Below, piece after piece: positions 38,680-52,084 of a stretch of DNA of 64,000 nt. Position 1 is the stretch's first letter, and each line of letters begins with the position of its first letter. Made by a program: the position numbers and the translations under genes. This DNA is from Flaccisagitta enflata (Eukaryota), in the NCBI GenBank assembly GCA_965153355.1, contig OZ231126.1, positions 34,844,001-34,908,000 of the forward strand. The letters are read 5' to 3'. The notes below the pieces were generated by a model. It was not told where the DNA came from and did not search any database. It saw only the letters and a list, made by a program, of their open reading frames with translations.

Positions 38680-39311
38680 TGTAAAGTAGCTACAGTGAGA
38701 TGGAAATATCCTGACCGACGGCCCTACCAATACGACAACATAATATCATGATGTAACATTGTATTCTGAGAAATGGGAAATGGGGATGGGAGAGAGATTA
38801 AAGAGAACAATAATGATGATGATGATAAGATGTGATTGCAATTTAACGTCTTTGTCTTCTATCTTTGTCTTCTGTCTTTGTCTTCTGTCTTTGTCTTCTG
38901 TCTTCGTCTCCTGTCTTTGTCTCCTGTCTTAGTCTTCTGTCTTTGTCTTCCTCCGTCATCATCCTTGTCGTTCCTTTGTCATGTCTCTGTCAGTCCTTTA
39001 TCATGTCTCACCAAAAACGGTCTCGGACTGACGGACATGTCGCCAGTATATTTCCTCTGACTGATTTCTTTTTCTCCGCAGATCTATTTTCTTCTCTGCC
39101 AATTATCTATTTTCTTCTCTGTAAATCTATTCTCTTCTCTGGATCCACTCCGAGTGTCTATCGCCGGCTTAATGGCTAAGAGCTTCGCGTAGCTCTATTT
39201 GTTGACATTAAAACATTGTTGAAAATCTCTCTCTCTGCAACTACTGTCTAATCCAGGACCGATCGGTCTTATGTCCAATAATGCTCCGACAGAGGCTAAC
39301 CTTCGTTTACA
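38680..39311 (-). repeat. 5' LTR of the BEL/Pao element
   Basis: 632 bp, TG...CA, partner of 32794-33431; carries an extra ~20 bp near 39201 and fewer TCTG repeats. Confidence 0.92.
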
Positions 39312-39837
39312 ATGGGTGAAAATTTGCATCCCTGCTATATGGCTCAATCAAAGTAGAATGGTCATGGTAGCATTTGAGCATACATTACCGGTCCATATGA
39401 CAGGTTTTAAGGCAATTACGAGTGAAAAAAGGCGACCTAAATCGATATTACTACAAAAAATGCTACATTTCAAGAAAAATCAATGATTTTTTTGGGATTA
39501 TCTGTTAAGACTACAAAAAGCTCATGATATCTTCAATATTGGATGGGATTCCTTCATTAATGTTCAAATGTCTGGAAAAATTTTAAAAATCATTATTTTT
39601 TACATTTTTAGCACTATCAAAATAGTTTACTATTACTACATTTTTGACCTAATTGGCATGCTTTTTTTACCCTATAAATATAAAACATCGCACAAGGACG
39701 CACAATGAGCCACCTATGCCAAAATGTAGTTCAAGGGGTCCTGAATCCAGAATGCTATGGCTCAAGTGGGCCTTCGGCGTCCAAATTGCAATTTTCATTT
39801 TCAAATGTCAAAATGTGGATAAAAGTCAAAATCTATA

Positions 39838-40401
39838 CAGTAGATCTCATCTAGACTTGAGATAACGGGGGCAAGCATTGTAGGAAAACAAATGAAGCCA
39901 GGGGAGTGATATTTCAAACATTGATTAATAACGGGATGCTTTATTACCCATGATAGCTGGTTGCCATGGAAACACATTTCCATGTATTCACAATATTTTG
40001 AAAGATTTTTAAAGAATTTTAAATAATTTAAACTTTTCACAGTATGTTCTGTAAGAATGTCGCTCATTTAGCGGTTGCTAGGGTTGTCACACATGTCACC
40101 CTAGCAACGGCTAAAGAAAGCGACATTCTTACAGAACATGAAGTTGTAAGCAAATTTTTAAAGCAATGTTCTAAAAATCTCATATTGATAAATACATGGA
40201 AATGTGTTTCCATGGCAACCAGCTATCATGAGGAATTAATCATCCTTTGATTAGTCTATGATCCAAATATCGCTCCCCTGCCTTTATTTTCCCCTGCCTT
40301 TATTTGCCCCTGCCTTTATTTGCCCCTGCCTTTTTTTGCCCCTGCCTTTGTTTGTTCACAATGCTTGCCCCCGTTATCTCAAGTCTAGACGAGATCTACT
40401 G
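39838..40401. mobile_element. Palindromic Tc1/mariner-type MITE
   Basis: TA|CAGTAGATCTC...GAGATCTACTG|TA; inverted symmetry over the whole length, centred near 40092. Confidence 0.85.
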
Positions 40402-43400
40402 TATTTGATTGGAAGAAAAATAAGCTAAATGAGCAAAAACATGAGCACTTTATTAAGGAATCTTATTGAACAAAGACAAAAATTTAATTGATTTGGTCAA
40501 AACATTAGACAATTTAAATACTAAATGTAAGACAGTTTAGCAGTATTTTTCACTTTATTTTCTCAAATTTCTCTTCTTATGTTCTATAAGTAGGAAAGTA
40601 ACCTTGACACAACTTTCCAGAGACGCCAGCAAAAAGGCAATGTCAGAATTTGTTTACCCGCTCACTAGGCGGCCCAAGACTTATTCATAGTCAAATAATA
40701 CACTTGGATAGTTTTATTTTGTCAATTTTTGCTATTATCATGGCCTAATACTTAAAAAAAAATTTTTGATTGCGTAAAAAAACTAGGTTATGACCGAGTT
40801 GGCTTCAATGGGTCACTGTGGCTAAACTAAGCCGCCGTGAGTTAACGTCGACCATTCGGAATATCTCTGAAGTGTGCTGAATTCAAATCTCTTTTCATTT
40901 TTTGTGTGCGATGACGCCCTGAGACGCCATGAAAAAAAGAAGTAGCATATTTTTTAATATAGAAATGAAAAGAAGCGCTGGTTTTATTTTCCTGAATTCG
41001 TTTCTTTTTGAATGAATAATGTTTCTGATCGGTTGAAAATGCGACAGACATGTCAACAAACATACTCATGAAATATATCAAATGAAAGCTAAAACAATTT
41101 TCTTTCTGATAATGATGAAATGCATTGGTTTTAAATAAAAGCTATTTCTTGGTTTACCTCTCGACTATAAGCTCATAAAGCTCTTGATCCAATAGAAATG
41201 AGTCAATATTGGATATAAATAGTTTCATAACATCTGAAAATATGCAGAAAAATGTTTTTCACTCTGTATATTTCATAAGGAACAATGTAATGGAAAAGAT
41301 GTAATGTTAATCCCCAATAAGCCACCTAGCGCACAATGCAGCCCACAGTGCATCGCTCCTGCTCATACGTCCGCGACTGGATTGCCGTGTATCCGGGCTT
41401 TTTTTTTTGCAGGTGTCACAGGTATCGACAGTACAATTTTCATTGAACTACAGATACCTAAAACAAACAAAGGGACTTATAAAGTCTCAAAGGATGTGCT
41501 CGAAATGACATTAAACAGGGTGTGCAAAAAAATTGGTATTTGAGAAAGAAAAGAAGTTCCTTCAGCCTTTTTGAGTTCTGCAAAGTTTTTTGGATTTCCC
41601 TTTTTCTCATGAGGCGTTTTAGAAAATTGGTAAGCTTAGAGGGCCAGGGGAATACACATGAAATTTACAGCCAAGAAAGAGCTAATTTTTCTCTCTCAGA
41701 TGGGGCAAAGCAGAATTCTCTGCGATCAATAGTTTTTTACCTTTTTTTTTTATTTTTTTTTATTTATTTGCATCTTCCTCATCTTCCCCAGAAATCAATT
41801 CTTTTCATTGATCCTTACCATCTAGCTCATGAATATACAGACAGCTGGAAGAAAATGAGCGTTTTGACTTACTGAATGAAATATATATTCAAATGAATCA
41901 ATTTTTAGTCATAATATGGTATTTCGATCTATCAACTGCTTCTGTTTCGAGTTTCTATCTGATCGGTCTATGATTTTTCAACTCAAATCAGTGAATCCTT
42001 AATTTCTTAAGGAGCAACAAAAAAACATTGAATCATTTTTTTGTTTTCTTTTGATATCAGATGTTTTTGGAGCAATATGTTTAACTGTAAGCTTCAATTT
42101 TTTCAATATTAAAAATATTTGGTAAAAATGTGATTTAATGAGGTCAAGAATGATTTTGGCCAATCTGTTTTGATTTGATAACTCTTTGAATGTAGGTTGT
42201 CCTTCATAGATTTGAACTGAAAACTTCTGAATCAGATTTTTGTAAAAGGACCTTTTTTCTTCAAGACGCTGTCATTTGAAAACGGATAGAGCTACCAAGC
42301 TCTGCTTGGTCTTGAATGGTTGATTTTTGTCATGGTTTGTTGATCTGCTTCCATTTCTTTATTGGATATTGAAGTTCAGCTGCTATGAATGGGAAGGCCC
42401 ACGTATTTTGAATGGTAGATTTCTGACATAGTTTATTGATCTGCTTTCATTTCTTTATTGGATATTGAAGCTGCTATGAATGGGAAGGCCCACGGATTTT
42501 TTTCATAGCGACAAAAATCTCTTTTGACCTCAGAAGTCCAGTTTTGATGTTAGTGAATGAAAACAAAAAGAATTTGGCAAATCCATCCAAGTGTTTTAAA
42601 GATATGACCAAAAACGTAAAGTATGCTGCGCTGTAAATGGTGACAAAAACAACGCAATTTGTTAAGCTGCGGCGTCCAAACACGCTTTAATTTGAGACTG
42701 GAAAAATCACAATTATTGCAAAAAAAGGCTAAAACTATAGATAGGGGCCAATATTCCGGGTAATTTTCCTGATCTAGAAGCATGAAGGGATCATAAAAAT
42801 TTCATGTTGTTAATAGGGCGGCTACCTGGAGGGTCAAATGTGGTCAAATTTCAAAACGCCTCAGCCAATTAACCATACACTCTACGTCATATTTAAAAAG
42901 GAATTGAGGCCAGCGGAGATTGGTATCTGGAAAGAAAACCCGCACGGCAACACTATAGAGTTACAATGGGCGTAAAATTGCTTTCATATACTTACCATTG
43001 TGTTGCCGTGCGGGTTTCTTGATCAAATACAGACTTCTGCTTGTCTGATTTACTGCCCAGATGCCGCTTAGAATGCATGGTTAGATGGCGGAGGAAATTT
43101 AAATTTTGAGCCAAATTCTCCCTACAGGTAACCAGCCTAGTTGTTAAGGTACTCATAGACACGGCCGGCATACAAGTCCGGAGCCAAGCGACCACTCTGC
43201 TAATATAAAATCTAAAGATGAAAATGTTGCACGCTCACCAGCAGATTGCTGGCACCGCTACTATGAATATGGATAGGTGTCCGTATGTCTATGAGCTAGA
43301 TAGTATTTTGGGCCCTATTTAACAACAAGGCCAAGTAGGCCAGTAAAGTGCGCCGTGTGGATTGTCCAACGAATGCGTTACAGACCAACCAACCAACCAA

Positions 43401-43413
43401 CGGACACAGCCAG

Positions 43414-43543
<130 letters not shown>

Positions 43544-45417
43544 TCTTCTCTTCTCTCTCTCTCTCTTCTATCTTAATTCTAATATCTTATATTTAATAAT
43601 GAAAAAAGCATTTACATTTATGGCCAAAAAAAAAGTAGACGCAATTTTTTGATTGTTGATTGTTTGGTAACTAAAAATGGAAAACGCTAAAAATCCATGA
43701 AGGATTCAAAGAGCTTCAAAAAATCTTTCATTTGAGCTCTCTCTGAACATTCTAGCTTGAAAACTTTAGAAGTTATGATATTTTAAAGATAACTACTCAA
43801 AAATCTTTCAAAAAATATTTCAAAAGTAACCAACTTTAAATTGATACAGTTCTTAAAAGAGGCAAAATCATGAATTATGCTTGGTTCCATCTTGTAGTGA
43901 ACTAAAATTCTTCATTTTTACCTAAAATTCTTCATTTTTACCTAAAATTCTTCATTCTTACCTAAAATTTTATATTATTCATTTCGTTCCTTTATTCTAC
44001 AGAAAAAGCTAGTTAAAACATGCCTTGTTGACGGGGATGAAATTTGCTGTTCTTACCTAAAATTTTATATTATTCATTTCGTTCCTTTATTCTACAGAAA
44101 AAGCTAGTTAAAACATGCCTTGTTGACGGGGATGAAATTTGCTGTTTTTGGCATTTTGAAACTTAAATATTATATCATTTCTAAACAACTTAAGTCACAA
44201 AATTCTGCTTGGTCTAAATTTGTAGAGTTTTTCAAGCTTTTTTAAATGCTTATAGATTTCATGTAAAAAGTATGACTGGTTTTTAATAAAATGATAAAAA
44301 TTGAGCGTCTACTTTTTTTTTGGCCATGGTTAAAAACTACACTTCCAGATGTCCTGGTAAAATCAAATCTGAAATGCAGTCTTAGAATTAACAAGGCGAA
44401 GGCTTTGTCGCACCTAAAAATGTTAAAGTTTATTGGTTCCGTGTTCAACTTCCCTGATTTGTGAACAAGGTAGTTATGCTGAGGGTTTACTCTCCAATTT
44501 CATGAGATTTTTACTGGCAAAATCTGGCAAATATAGAACCCTATACACTTTGATCAAAGTGGACACCAACCATTCAAACTACCGCCAGGTTGTTTTTTAA
44601 TAGTACTTGAGATTTTTTGTTTGTTTACACTCAGGATGGACATCCTGAACTAGTATTCAGCTTCATTTCATTTCATTTCATTTCATTTGAATTCCTGGTA
44701 AAATTTCCTTTCATTTGATATGTCGCACTATATGTTTTATTAACCACTACTGAAAATAAAGATTTGCAATGGTAATTAAACAAGGTCATTAGACCTAAGT
44801 CGCATGCGTCGGCACTTTCAAAAAAAGTCAGACAGACAAACGATTTTTTTTTCAAAAAGACAATTGAAATGGCTGTCTACTCCTCAAAGTTGCTTCTTTA
44901 CCATTCAGAAACATAAACAGGCTTTAAAAAGCCATTAAAACAGTTTTGTGACCCACCGACGGACGGACGGACGGACCAACCAAAAAGTGGCTTATAGTGT
45001 CGCGTAGCATGCGACTAAAAATTGAAAATTGGAATTCTCTTTAAAAGTACAAAGTGCAACCTAACAAAAGAAAGGAAATTTTATCAGGAATTCAAATATG
45101 CTATCGAAAAGGTTTTTAACAACCCCGTAAAATCTGATTGCAAAATGTTTTGAAAAACTATCAGTCTTGGATTTTTCTCAAAAGGCGCCACAAGAAAGAT
45201 TTTTCTCAAAGCTGGATCTTAGTTCAGTAAGTCCATTTTAAGTTTAAACCAAGGGAAAATCCAGAGAACTACTTTAAGTCACCTGGCAGTAGTTTGAACA
45301 GGTGTTGTGGACAACCATATTGTTTAAAAATCCTCAAGGTATTCCAAAACAAGGCCAGATACACCGCAATCGCTGACAGTTGGGCAGGAGCGGCAATGCA
45401 AAAACCACTCGCAAATC

Positions 45418-47009
45418 AACAAGGCCAACACCTATAAGTCGCGTGCAGGACAAAAATAACTGAACTGACCTGACTCCTTATTGTACCTTTTTATCGAAAA
45501 TCAGACTTAAACGCAACCCAAAACAGACCCAAACCAGACTCAAACCAGACTCAAACAAGACTCAAACCAGAATTAAACCAGACCGAAACCAGACCTAAAT
45601 CAGACCTAAACCAGACATAAACCAGATATAAACCAGACATAAACCAGATTTAAGCCAGACTCAAACCAGACTCAATCCAGACTCAATCCAGACTCAATCC
45701 AGACTCAATCCAGACTCAATCCAGACTCAAACCAGACTCAAACCAGACTCAAACCAGACTCAAACCAGACTCAAACCAGACTCAAACCAGACTTAAACCA
45801 GACCGAAACCAGGCTCAAACCAGCTCAAACCAGAATCAAACCAGACTCAAACCAGACTCAAACCCGACTCAAACCAGACTCAAACCAGAATCAAACCAGA
45901 ATTAAACCAAACCAAAACCAGACCAAAACCAGACTGAAACCAGACCTAAATCAGACCTAAATCAAACATAAACCAGACAAAAACCAGACATACACCAGAC
46001 CCAAACCAGACCTAACCCAGACCTAAACCAGACATAAATCAGACATGAACCAGTCTTAAACCAGACTAAAACCAGACTTAAACCAGACTTACACCAGACT
46101 TAAACCAGACTTTAACCAGACTTACACCATACTTATCTTTAATACCATTTTAACCAGCAGACTTAAACCAGCAGACTTAAACCATTAGACCAGCAGACTT
46201 AAACCATTAAATTTAAACCAGCAGACTTAAACCAGCAGATTTAAACCAGCAGACTTTAACCAGCAGACTTAACCCATTAGATTTAAACCAGCAGACTTAA
46301 ACCAGCAGATTTAAACCAGCAGATTTAAACCAGCAGACTTTAACCATCAGACTTTACCCAGCAGACTTTAACCAGCAGACATTAACCAGCAGACTTTAAC
46401 CAGCAGACTTTAACCAGCAGACTTTAAGTTAAAGTTTAACCAAAAATGACCAAAAATGACCAAAAATGACCAAAATGACCAAAAATGACCAAAATGACAA
46501 AAATGACCAAAAATGACCAAAAATGACGAAAATGACCAAAATGACCAAAATGACCAAAATGACCAAAATGACCAAAATGACCAAAGATGACCAAAGATGA
46601 CCAAAAATGACTAAAAATGACCTAAATGACCAAAAATGACCAAAAATGACCAAAAATGACCAAAATGACCAAAAATGACCAAAATGAATCAAAAATAATC
46701 AATAATGATCAAAAATGACCAAAAATGACCAAAAATGATCGAAAATAATCAAAAACTACCAAAATGACCAAAACAACCAAAATAACCAAAATGACCAAAA
46801 ATGACCAAAAATGACCAAAAATGACTAAAAGCAACCAATAATCCTCAATAACAACAAAAAAATGACTCAAAATAACTCCAGATGACCCAAAAAGACGAAA
46901 AAAAGCAAAGTGTTACCGACGGACGGACGGACGGACGGACGGACGGACGGACGGACGGACGGACCGACCGACGGAGCGGGTTGTAGAGTCGCGTGCACGC
47001 GACTAAAAA
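45418..47009 (-). mobile_element. Helentron-associated/DINE-1-like element, family 1, with three satellite blocks
   Basis: On the minus strand: TTTTTAGTCGCGTGCACGCGACTCTACA hairpin end, (GTCC)n, central arrays, CGCGACT subterminal repeat and GGCCTTGTT end; no TSD, T-rich insertion sites. More than 15 related copies, e.g. 8318-8463, 21369-21563, 29094-29320, 48058-48613, 58602-58755, 60092-60308. Confidence 0.75.
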
Positions 47010-47351
47010 TGTGACCTACCGACCGACCTACCGACCGACCAACACGGCAAGTTCTAGAGCCGCGAGTCCGCGACTAAAAACCTGCAAAAACAATTTTGAA
47101 TTTATCATGACTTTTTGTCAATAAAGACCAACATTTTTTAACTACTGCGAATAGGCCTATTCCACCCTCTCATTCTTTTTTCATTTTTTTTTCACAGATC
47201 TTTGCTGACTATCCTTCAATAGACATTCATAGTCTTCCCCATGGCATTTCCAATTTTTATGCACATCCTGTTGACAATCTTTCTAGAGTAAGGATTACCC
47301 ATCGAAGGCAACTAATCAATTATGTCAACGCCATAATCCGTCTTATCATAG

Positions 47352-47450
47352 GGCGAGAAATGCTGACGATGTTTTCCCTCCTTCGCGGTATCCCTCCAAA
47401 ATTTATCAAGTGCACTGTGAACGATTTGGCGAGTGGATTGTTATTGACAG
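47352..47450 (+). CDS. ABCA transporter exon 4
   Basis: Acceptor tcttatcatag, donor CAG|gtcgtt, phase 1-1. (G)REMLTMFSLLRGIPPKFIKCTVNDLASGLLLT(D), matching ABCA 'TGRE.L..FA.LRG(I/V)P'. Confidence 0.9.
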
Positions 47451-47904
47451 GTCGTTGGGGTATTTACAAACAGAAGCATCAAAACTGTTGATTGTGTAGG
47501 TCACCGACTATGATTTTAAAACAAGAGTGAGACGGTTTATGAAAAACAAGGCCAGTGTTTCATGTGCGTTCTCGTAAATCTAAAAGCAGGGCTTTGGATG
47601 CGCGAGATTTTCAATAGCATTCGCGTTTTCCTACACCTCGCGCTTCGCGTTAAGCGTTTACATTCAACGTTTTTGTTGCTTAAGCATTCGCGTTTTGCAT
47701 TTTCAACGCTCTCTTATACTAACATGGTCAAGTTATGGCCGATATGCGCGCCTCGCTGATTGGGAATATGCGATTGAATGTTTAATCAATGAATGATTGA
47801 ATGAATGGAAGAATGAATGAACACCTGAATGAGAATGAATATCGCAAAACAGATGGGGGAACAGGAATTATGTTTTACTTGTCCTCTTCCTTTTCTTATT
47901 TCTT

Positions 47905-47980
<76 letters not shown>

Positions 47981-49097
47981 TTCTTTTCATTGGTTCTGTC
48001 TGTCTTTATTTTCTTTTCATTGTTTTTCCTCTCTTCTTTTTCTTTCTTGATTCGTACTTTTTAGTTGCGGACACGCAACTCTATAAGAGCCTTTGTCCGT
48101 CGGTCTGTCGGTCCGTCGGTCCATTGGTCCATTGGTCATTGAACATGAGTCAAAAAATGTGAAAATGCGCATTTCCGCCCCTGCCCACCCGTCCGCAACT
48201 GGCATTGGCCCGATTTGGCCGTGTATCCGGCCCTGTTTTCATATTTTTCCATTTTTCAATTCTTTCAGTCTTCCCTCCTTTATCCCGTTTGTTTTTAGTC
48301 GCGGACACGCAACTCTAGAACTTACCGTATCGGTCGGTAGGTTGGTAGGTCGGTAGGTAAGAAATTTTGTTAAATTGCAAGCGGTTTTAGCATTACAGCT
48401 CCTGCCCAACCGTCCGCGACTATATTGCCGTGTATCCGGCCTTGTTTTGAATACTCTTCCTTTTTTAGTTGCGGACACGCAACTCCATAAGAACCTTTGT
48501 CCGTCTGTCCGTCCGTCCGTCCGTTGGTGTGCATGAGTCAAAAAGTGTGAAACCGCTCATTTCCGCCAATGCCTACCCGTCCGCAACTGGTATGGGCGTG
48601 TATCCGGCCTTGTTTCCTTCTCTCCTTCATTCTGTTTTCCTTCCTTATTGGTCGCGTGCTCTATGTACACCCCGTTTTGTCGGTCTGTCCATCCATCCAT
48701 CGGTCCATCCATCCGTCACACTTTACTTTTTATCATAATTCAAGTTATTTTTGATTATTCTAAATCATTCCGTCTGTCCGTCCGTCCGTCCGTCCGTCCT
48801 TCCGTCACACCTCTTTAAAAATCGCGTCTCTGAGCTGTTTCTGGCCTTGGCGAGATCGTATACTGAATCAAACGATCGATACACGTGTTTTGAGAGACTT
48901 CTTTGACTCTTATGTCAGATATTCCAGACGTTTGTCTATCTGTTATGTCTGTTCATCCATCTGTCAAACACAATCAGCGCGAATTTCAATCCACGTAAGG
49001 AGACAGTCAGGACGCATCGTTGCCCGGTCGGGCTTGTTTGTCTCATCAGAACCAAGTTTATAAAAATGTTACGCTGTTTGACTATGTCGATCGACTA

Positions 49098-49523
49098 CAC
49101 TCTTTTTTTTTTATAAGAACGTCATATTTTTTTTAAAGGCCTTATGTTCTTATTTTCTTGGCCAAATGAAGCCTTCAACGTTCTTAGAGTGTTCTTAATT
49201 TTAGATATTATATTAATCATAGGAAACCTTGTAATATACTATTACTCAATTATGAAATAAGTGTATTCTTATAAGATACTGTTAAAAAAAGTCAATCATT
49301 AAAGTTTGGGGATATTTTTTTAATATTTATTTAAGAATCATGAAATATCATCTTAATCATATGAAAATTCAAGTGCTTTCTTAATGTTCTTTAAATATCA
49401 TCGTAAGCAAAATTTTTTTCTCAAGATTTGAAGCCTTTGTATGTTCTTAAGATGTTCTTAATCTTAAGGCTACATGAAGCCTTGATGTTCTTATAAACTA
49501 GGTTCTTATAAAAAAAAAGAGTG
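49098..49523. mobile_element. TA-flanked MITE
   Basis: TA|CACTCTTTTTTTTTATAAGAAC...GTTCTTATAAAAAAAAAGAGTG|TA; repeated GTTCTTA motifs. Confidence 0.7.
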
Positions 49524-49739
49524 TATGCCAATTGATTGTACAATTTGACTATGCTGTTTGACTACGTCGTTTGACTGCGCCGTTCGACTACGTTGCGGAT
49601 CCCCTTCTAGATTTTTAGATGCGTCCACGCATCTCTTTAAGAGGCTTTGTCCGTCCGTCGGTCCGTCGGTCGGTCGGTCCGTCGGTCGGTCGGTCGGTCC
49701 GTCACGCTCGAGTTGAAAACGATCGCAAACGATCGCAAA

Positions 49740-50539
49740 CGGTCAGGGATCCGGTTAGAGAAAATCTCAATTCTAAGGGTTTTGAAAAAAAAAACATGGA
49801 CACCTCCCAGATTTTTGCACAGGGGACCTAAAAAGGCTGTAGAACACGATTCTGATATTCATTTTGACCTAACTTGAGCCAAAAAAATTAGAAACAGTTT
49901 TTTGTGTTTAAAATTGTGTTTTTTGCTGTAAAAACGCTAATTTTTCAACATTTTTTGGTTAATATGGACTGAAATTGATGTATTTTGATTATTTGTACTG
50001 TGCTGATTCAATTTTTGGTGTGTTTCCACGATTTTTGCTAATTTTGAAAATTTGCACTTTGATCTCATTTGCATATTGCGGTTTCGCGTTTTTCGTTTAT
50101 AACATGCATGTTTTTTTAAGTACGTCGATGAAATTCATACTGACACTATATCTTACCCTAAGAAACTGTTCCAAAATATCAGTTTTTGAATTTTTTTATT
50201 TTTGGGTCATTTCTTCATTTTTAGGGATTTTAACGCTATTTTTGAACCTCTTAGACCTATTCAAAATCGTTCTAGGTTCACTCAAATATCAATTGCTATT
50301 GGTACTTTATGTTTCTGTAAAAAAAAAGTCCAAAATGTTTCATTTTATACTATTTTTTTATGAAAAATAGCTGTTTTTAGCACAAAAAACCGTTTCTAAT
50401 TTTTTTGGCTCAAGTTAGGACAAAATGAATATCAGAATCATGTTCTACAGCCTTTTTAGGTCCCCTGTGCAAAAATCTGTGAGGTGTCCATTTTTTTTTT
50501 TTTTTTATTTAAGCTTTTTGCAACCGGGATCCCTGACCG
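49740..50539. mobile_element. TIR element with ~180-bp arms nested in a Helentron-like element
   Basis: CGGTCAGGGATCC...GGATCCCTGACCG with CAAA on both flanks. Confidence 0.7.
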
Positions 50540-50589
50540 CAAAGTCGATTTCATCATTTTATTTTCTGACATTGGGCTGATGCAATGTT

Positions 50590-50633
<44 letters not shown>

Positions 50634-50703
50634 TCATTTACAAGCTAACCAGCATGTGGACGCATCGTTGTAACCCCGGGTTACTTGTTTCATAACACAT
50701 CAG

Positions 50704-50817
50704 ATCATCTTGATCGACGTTGTGGTTCATATTCTGGAGGGAACAAGAGGAAACTTAGCGTTGCTATCGCTCTCTTGGGAAGGCAAGAACTGGTTTTACT
50801 GGATGAGCCGTCAACAG
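50704..50817 (+). CDS. ABCA transporter exon 5 (ABC signature and Walker B)
   Basis: Acceptor acatcag, donor CAG|gttatt, phase 1-1. (D)[37 protein letters not shown](G); SGGNKRKLS is typical of the second NBD of ABCA proteins. Confidence 0.95.
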
Positions 50818-51460
50818 GTTATTTGACAATCATCTTTTGTTAAGTTATTCGTTTCTATGGGACAATAACAAAACAGATCGTTAAATCTATTTTATTTGTA
50901 AACAACATTTTTTTATCGTTTTAGGACCAGTAATTTTTTTCTGGGGCTGGGATATCCTTAAATTTTCAGGGATCTTAAGTTTAAATGCTCTTACCGTATC
51001 CTTTATATTTCCTATGATTTTCTTATAATACATAGTATATATGTATTGTAAGAAAAAACAAGCAAAATATTATACAAACTGATTTATATTTGTTATTAAC
51101 AAGATTTTTAATTCTATGAAAAGAAAATTGTTAGTTTCTTTAAAAGATACGCATTACTTTAAAAATATTTCATGAAAATGATTTGGATGGTCAATGTAAA
51201 ACATGGTTTCTAAATCTGAGACTGGGCCTTGTCCTTAGAATGTCCTTAACTTTTAGCAAAATTTCGGCCTCATGTCCTTAAAAACATTGACCCGACTAAA
51301 AAAACAAACAAGGCCAACACCTATAAGTCGCGTGCGAGACTTACAGAATGACATAGCGTGACTTAAAATGACTTAGAATGACTTAACATACTCTAAAATG
51401 ACTTAAGATGACATGAGGCAATAAAATTGATAAAAAAAGTAAAAGTCTGACGGACCGACG

Positions 51461-52084
51461 CACTATGGTCTGAGCGCACACCACCTCAGGACAAGAAAAA
51501 TTACGGCAGCACTTTGGACCTATAACATGGGCGAAAACTGGTACAGTTGCTTACTGAAAGTAAGAAAATATATGGTTTTACCTCCGCCCTAGCTCATCCA
51601 AAGCCTCATTTTCCTCCTTGAAGTTAGCTACTTCGCTCAAAATAAAATGTTGAAAAAATTTTTTTTTGGTTTCATATGAAAGTTGGACAACATTACTACT
51701 CAATAATATGTTACTTTTCAAGATTTCAAAAATGATATTAAGAATATAAGGGAAGACACAAACTTTTTGGAAATGCTTCAGGGTGGATTGAACACGACTT
51801 GTGTAAAATTTGGTAACCTTGCTCCCAGATTTGAAGGACCTATGAAAAAACCCCGCAAATTTCCAATCTAAAATGAAAAAGATTTTGTCAATTTTCGCGC
51901 CTTCAATATAGTGAACCTAATGACTTCCTGAGCAGAAAAATGTCCTTAGATGAATCAGGGCGGAGGTAAAACCCTATTTAGATGTGGTCTAAACATAATA
52001 GGGGACATTTGTATACCATAGCTATCATCCCTAGGTACTGCCTTATAGTTTAGTCTTGGTTTGATATGCTCACGGATCTATGTG
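51461..52084 (+). mobile_element. Transib-like MITE, copy 2
   Basis: CACTATG...CTATGTG ends; perfect 5-bp TSD CGACG; interrupts the GACG/GGAC microsatellite of a Helentron-like element. Confidence 0.8.

Larger units (their letters stand above)
32794..39311 (-). mobile_element. BEL/Pao-type LTR retrotransposon, non-autonomous (gag only, no pol)
   Basis: Direct repeats 32794-33431 and 38680-39311, both TGTAAA...TTTACA; 5-bp TSD ATGGG (32789-32793, 39312-39316); G-run polypurine tract on the minus strand at 33432-33436; internal gag relic. Confidence 0.92.

Noticed and set aside
43957-44146. Perfect ~95-bp tandem duplication (similar one at ~42340-42500)
   Set aside because: Ordinary local duplication with no further structure; could be an assembly artefact.
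47198-47351. Strong-looking acceptor (ttttttttcacag) upstream of exon 4
   Set aside because: Following sequence lacks ABCA similarity, and the GYCPQFD-to-GRE spacing leaves no room; the 47352 acceptor fits the frame.
52040-52084. Strict 12/23 RSS pair in the Transib-like MITE
   Set aside because: The 12-spacer nonamer matches only 5 of 9 and is weaker in copy 1; the two ends align better as an imperfect TIR with 23-bp spacing on both.
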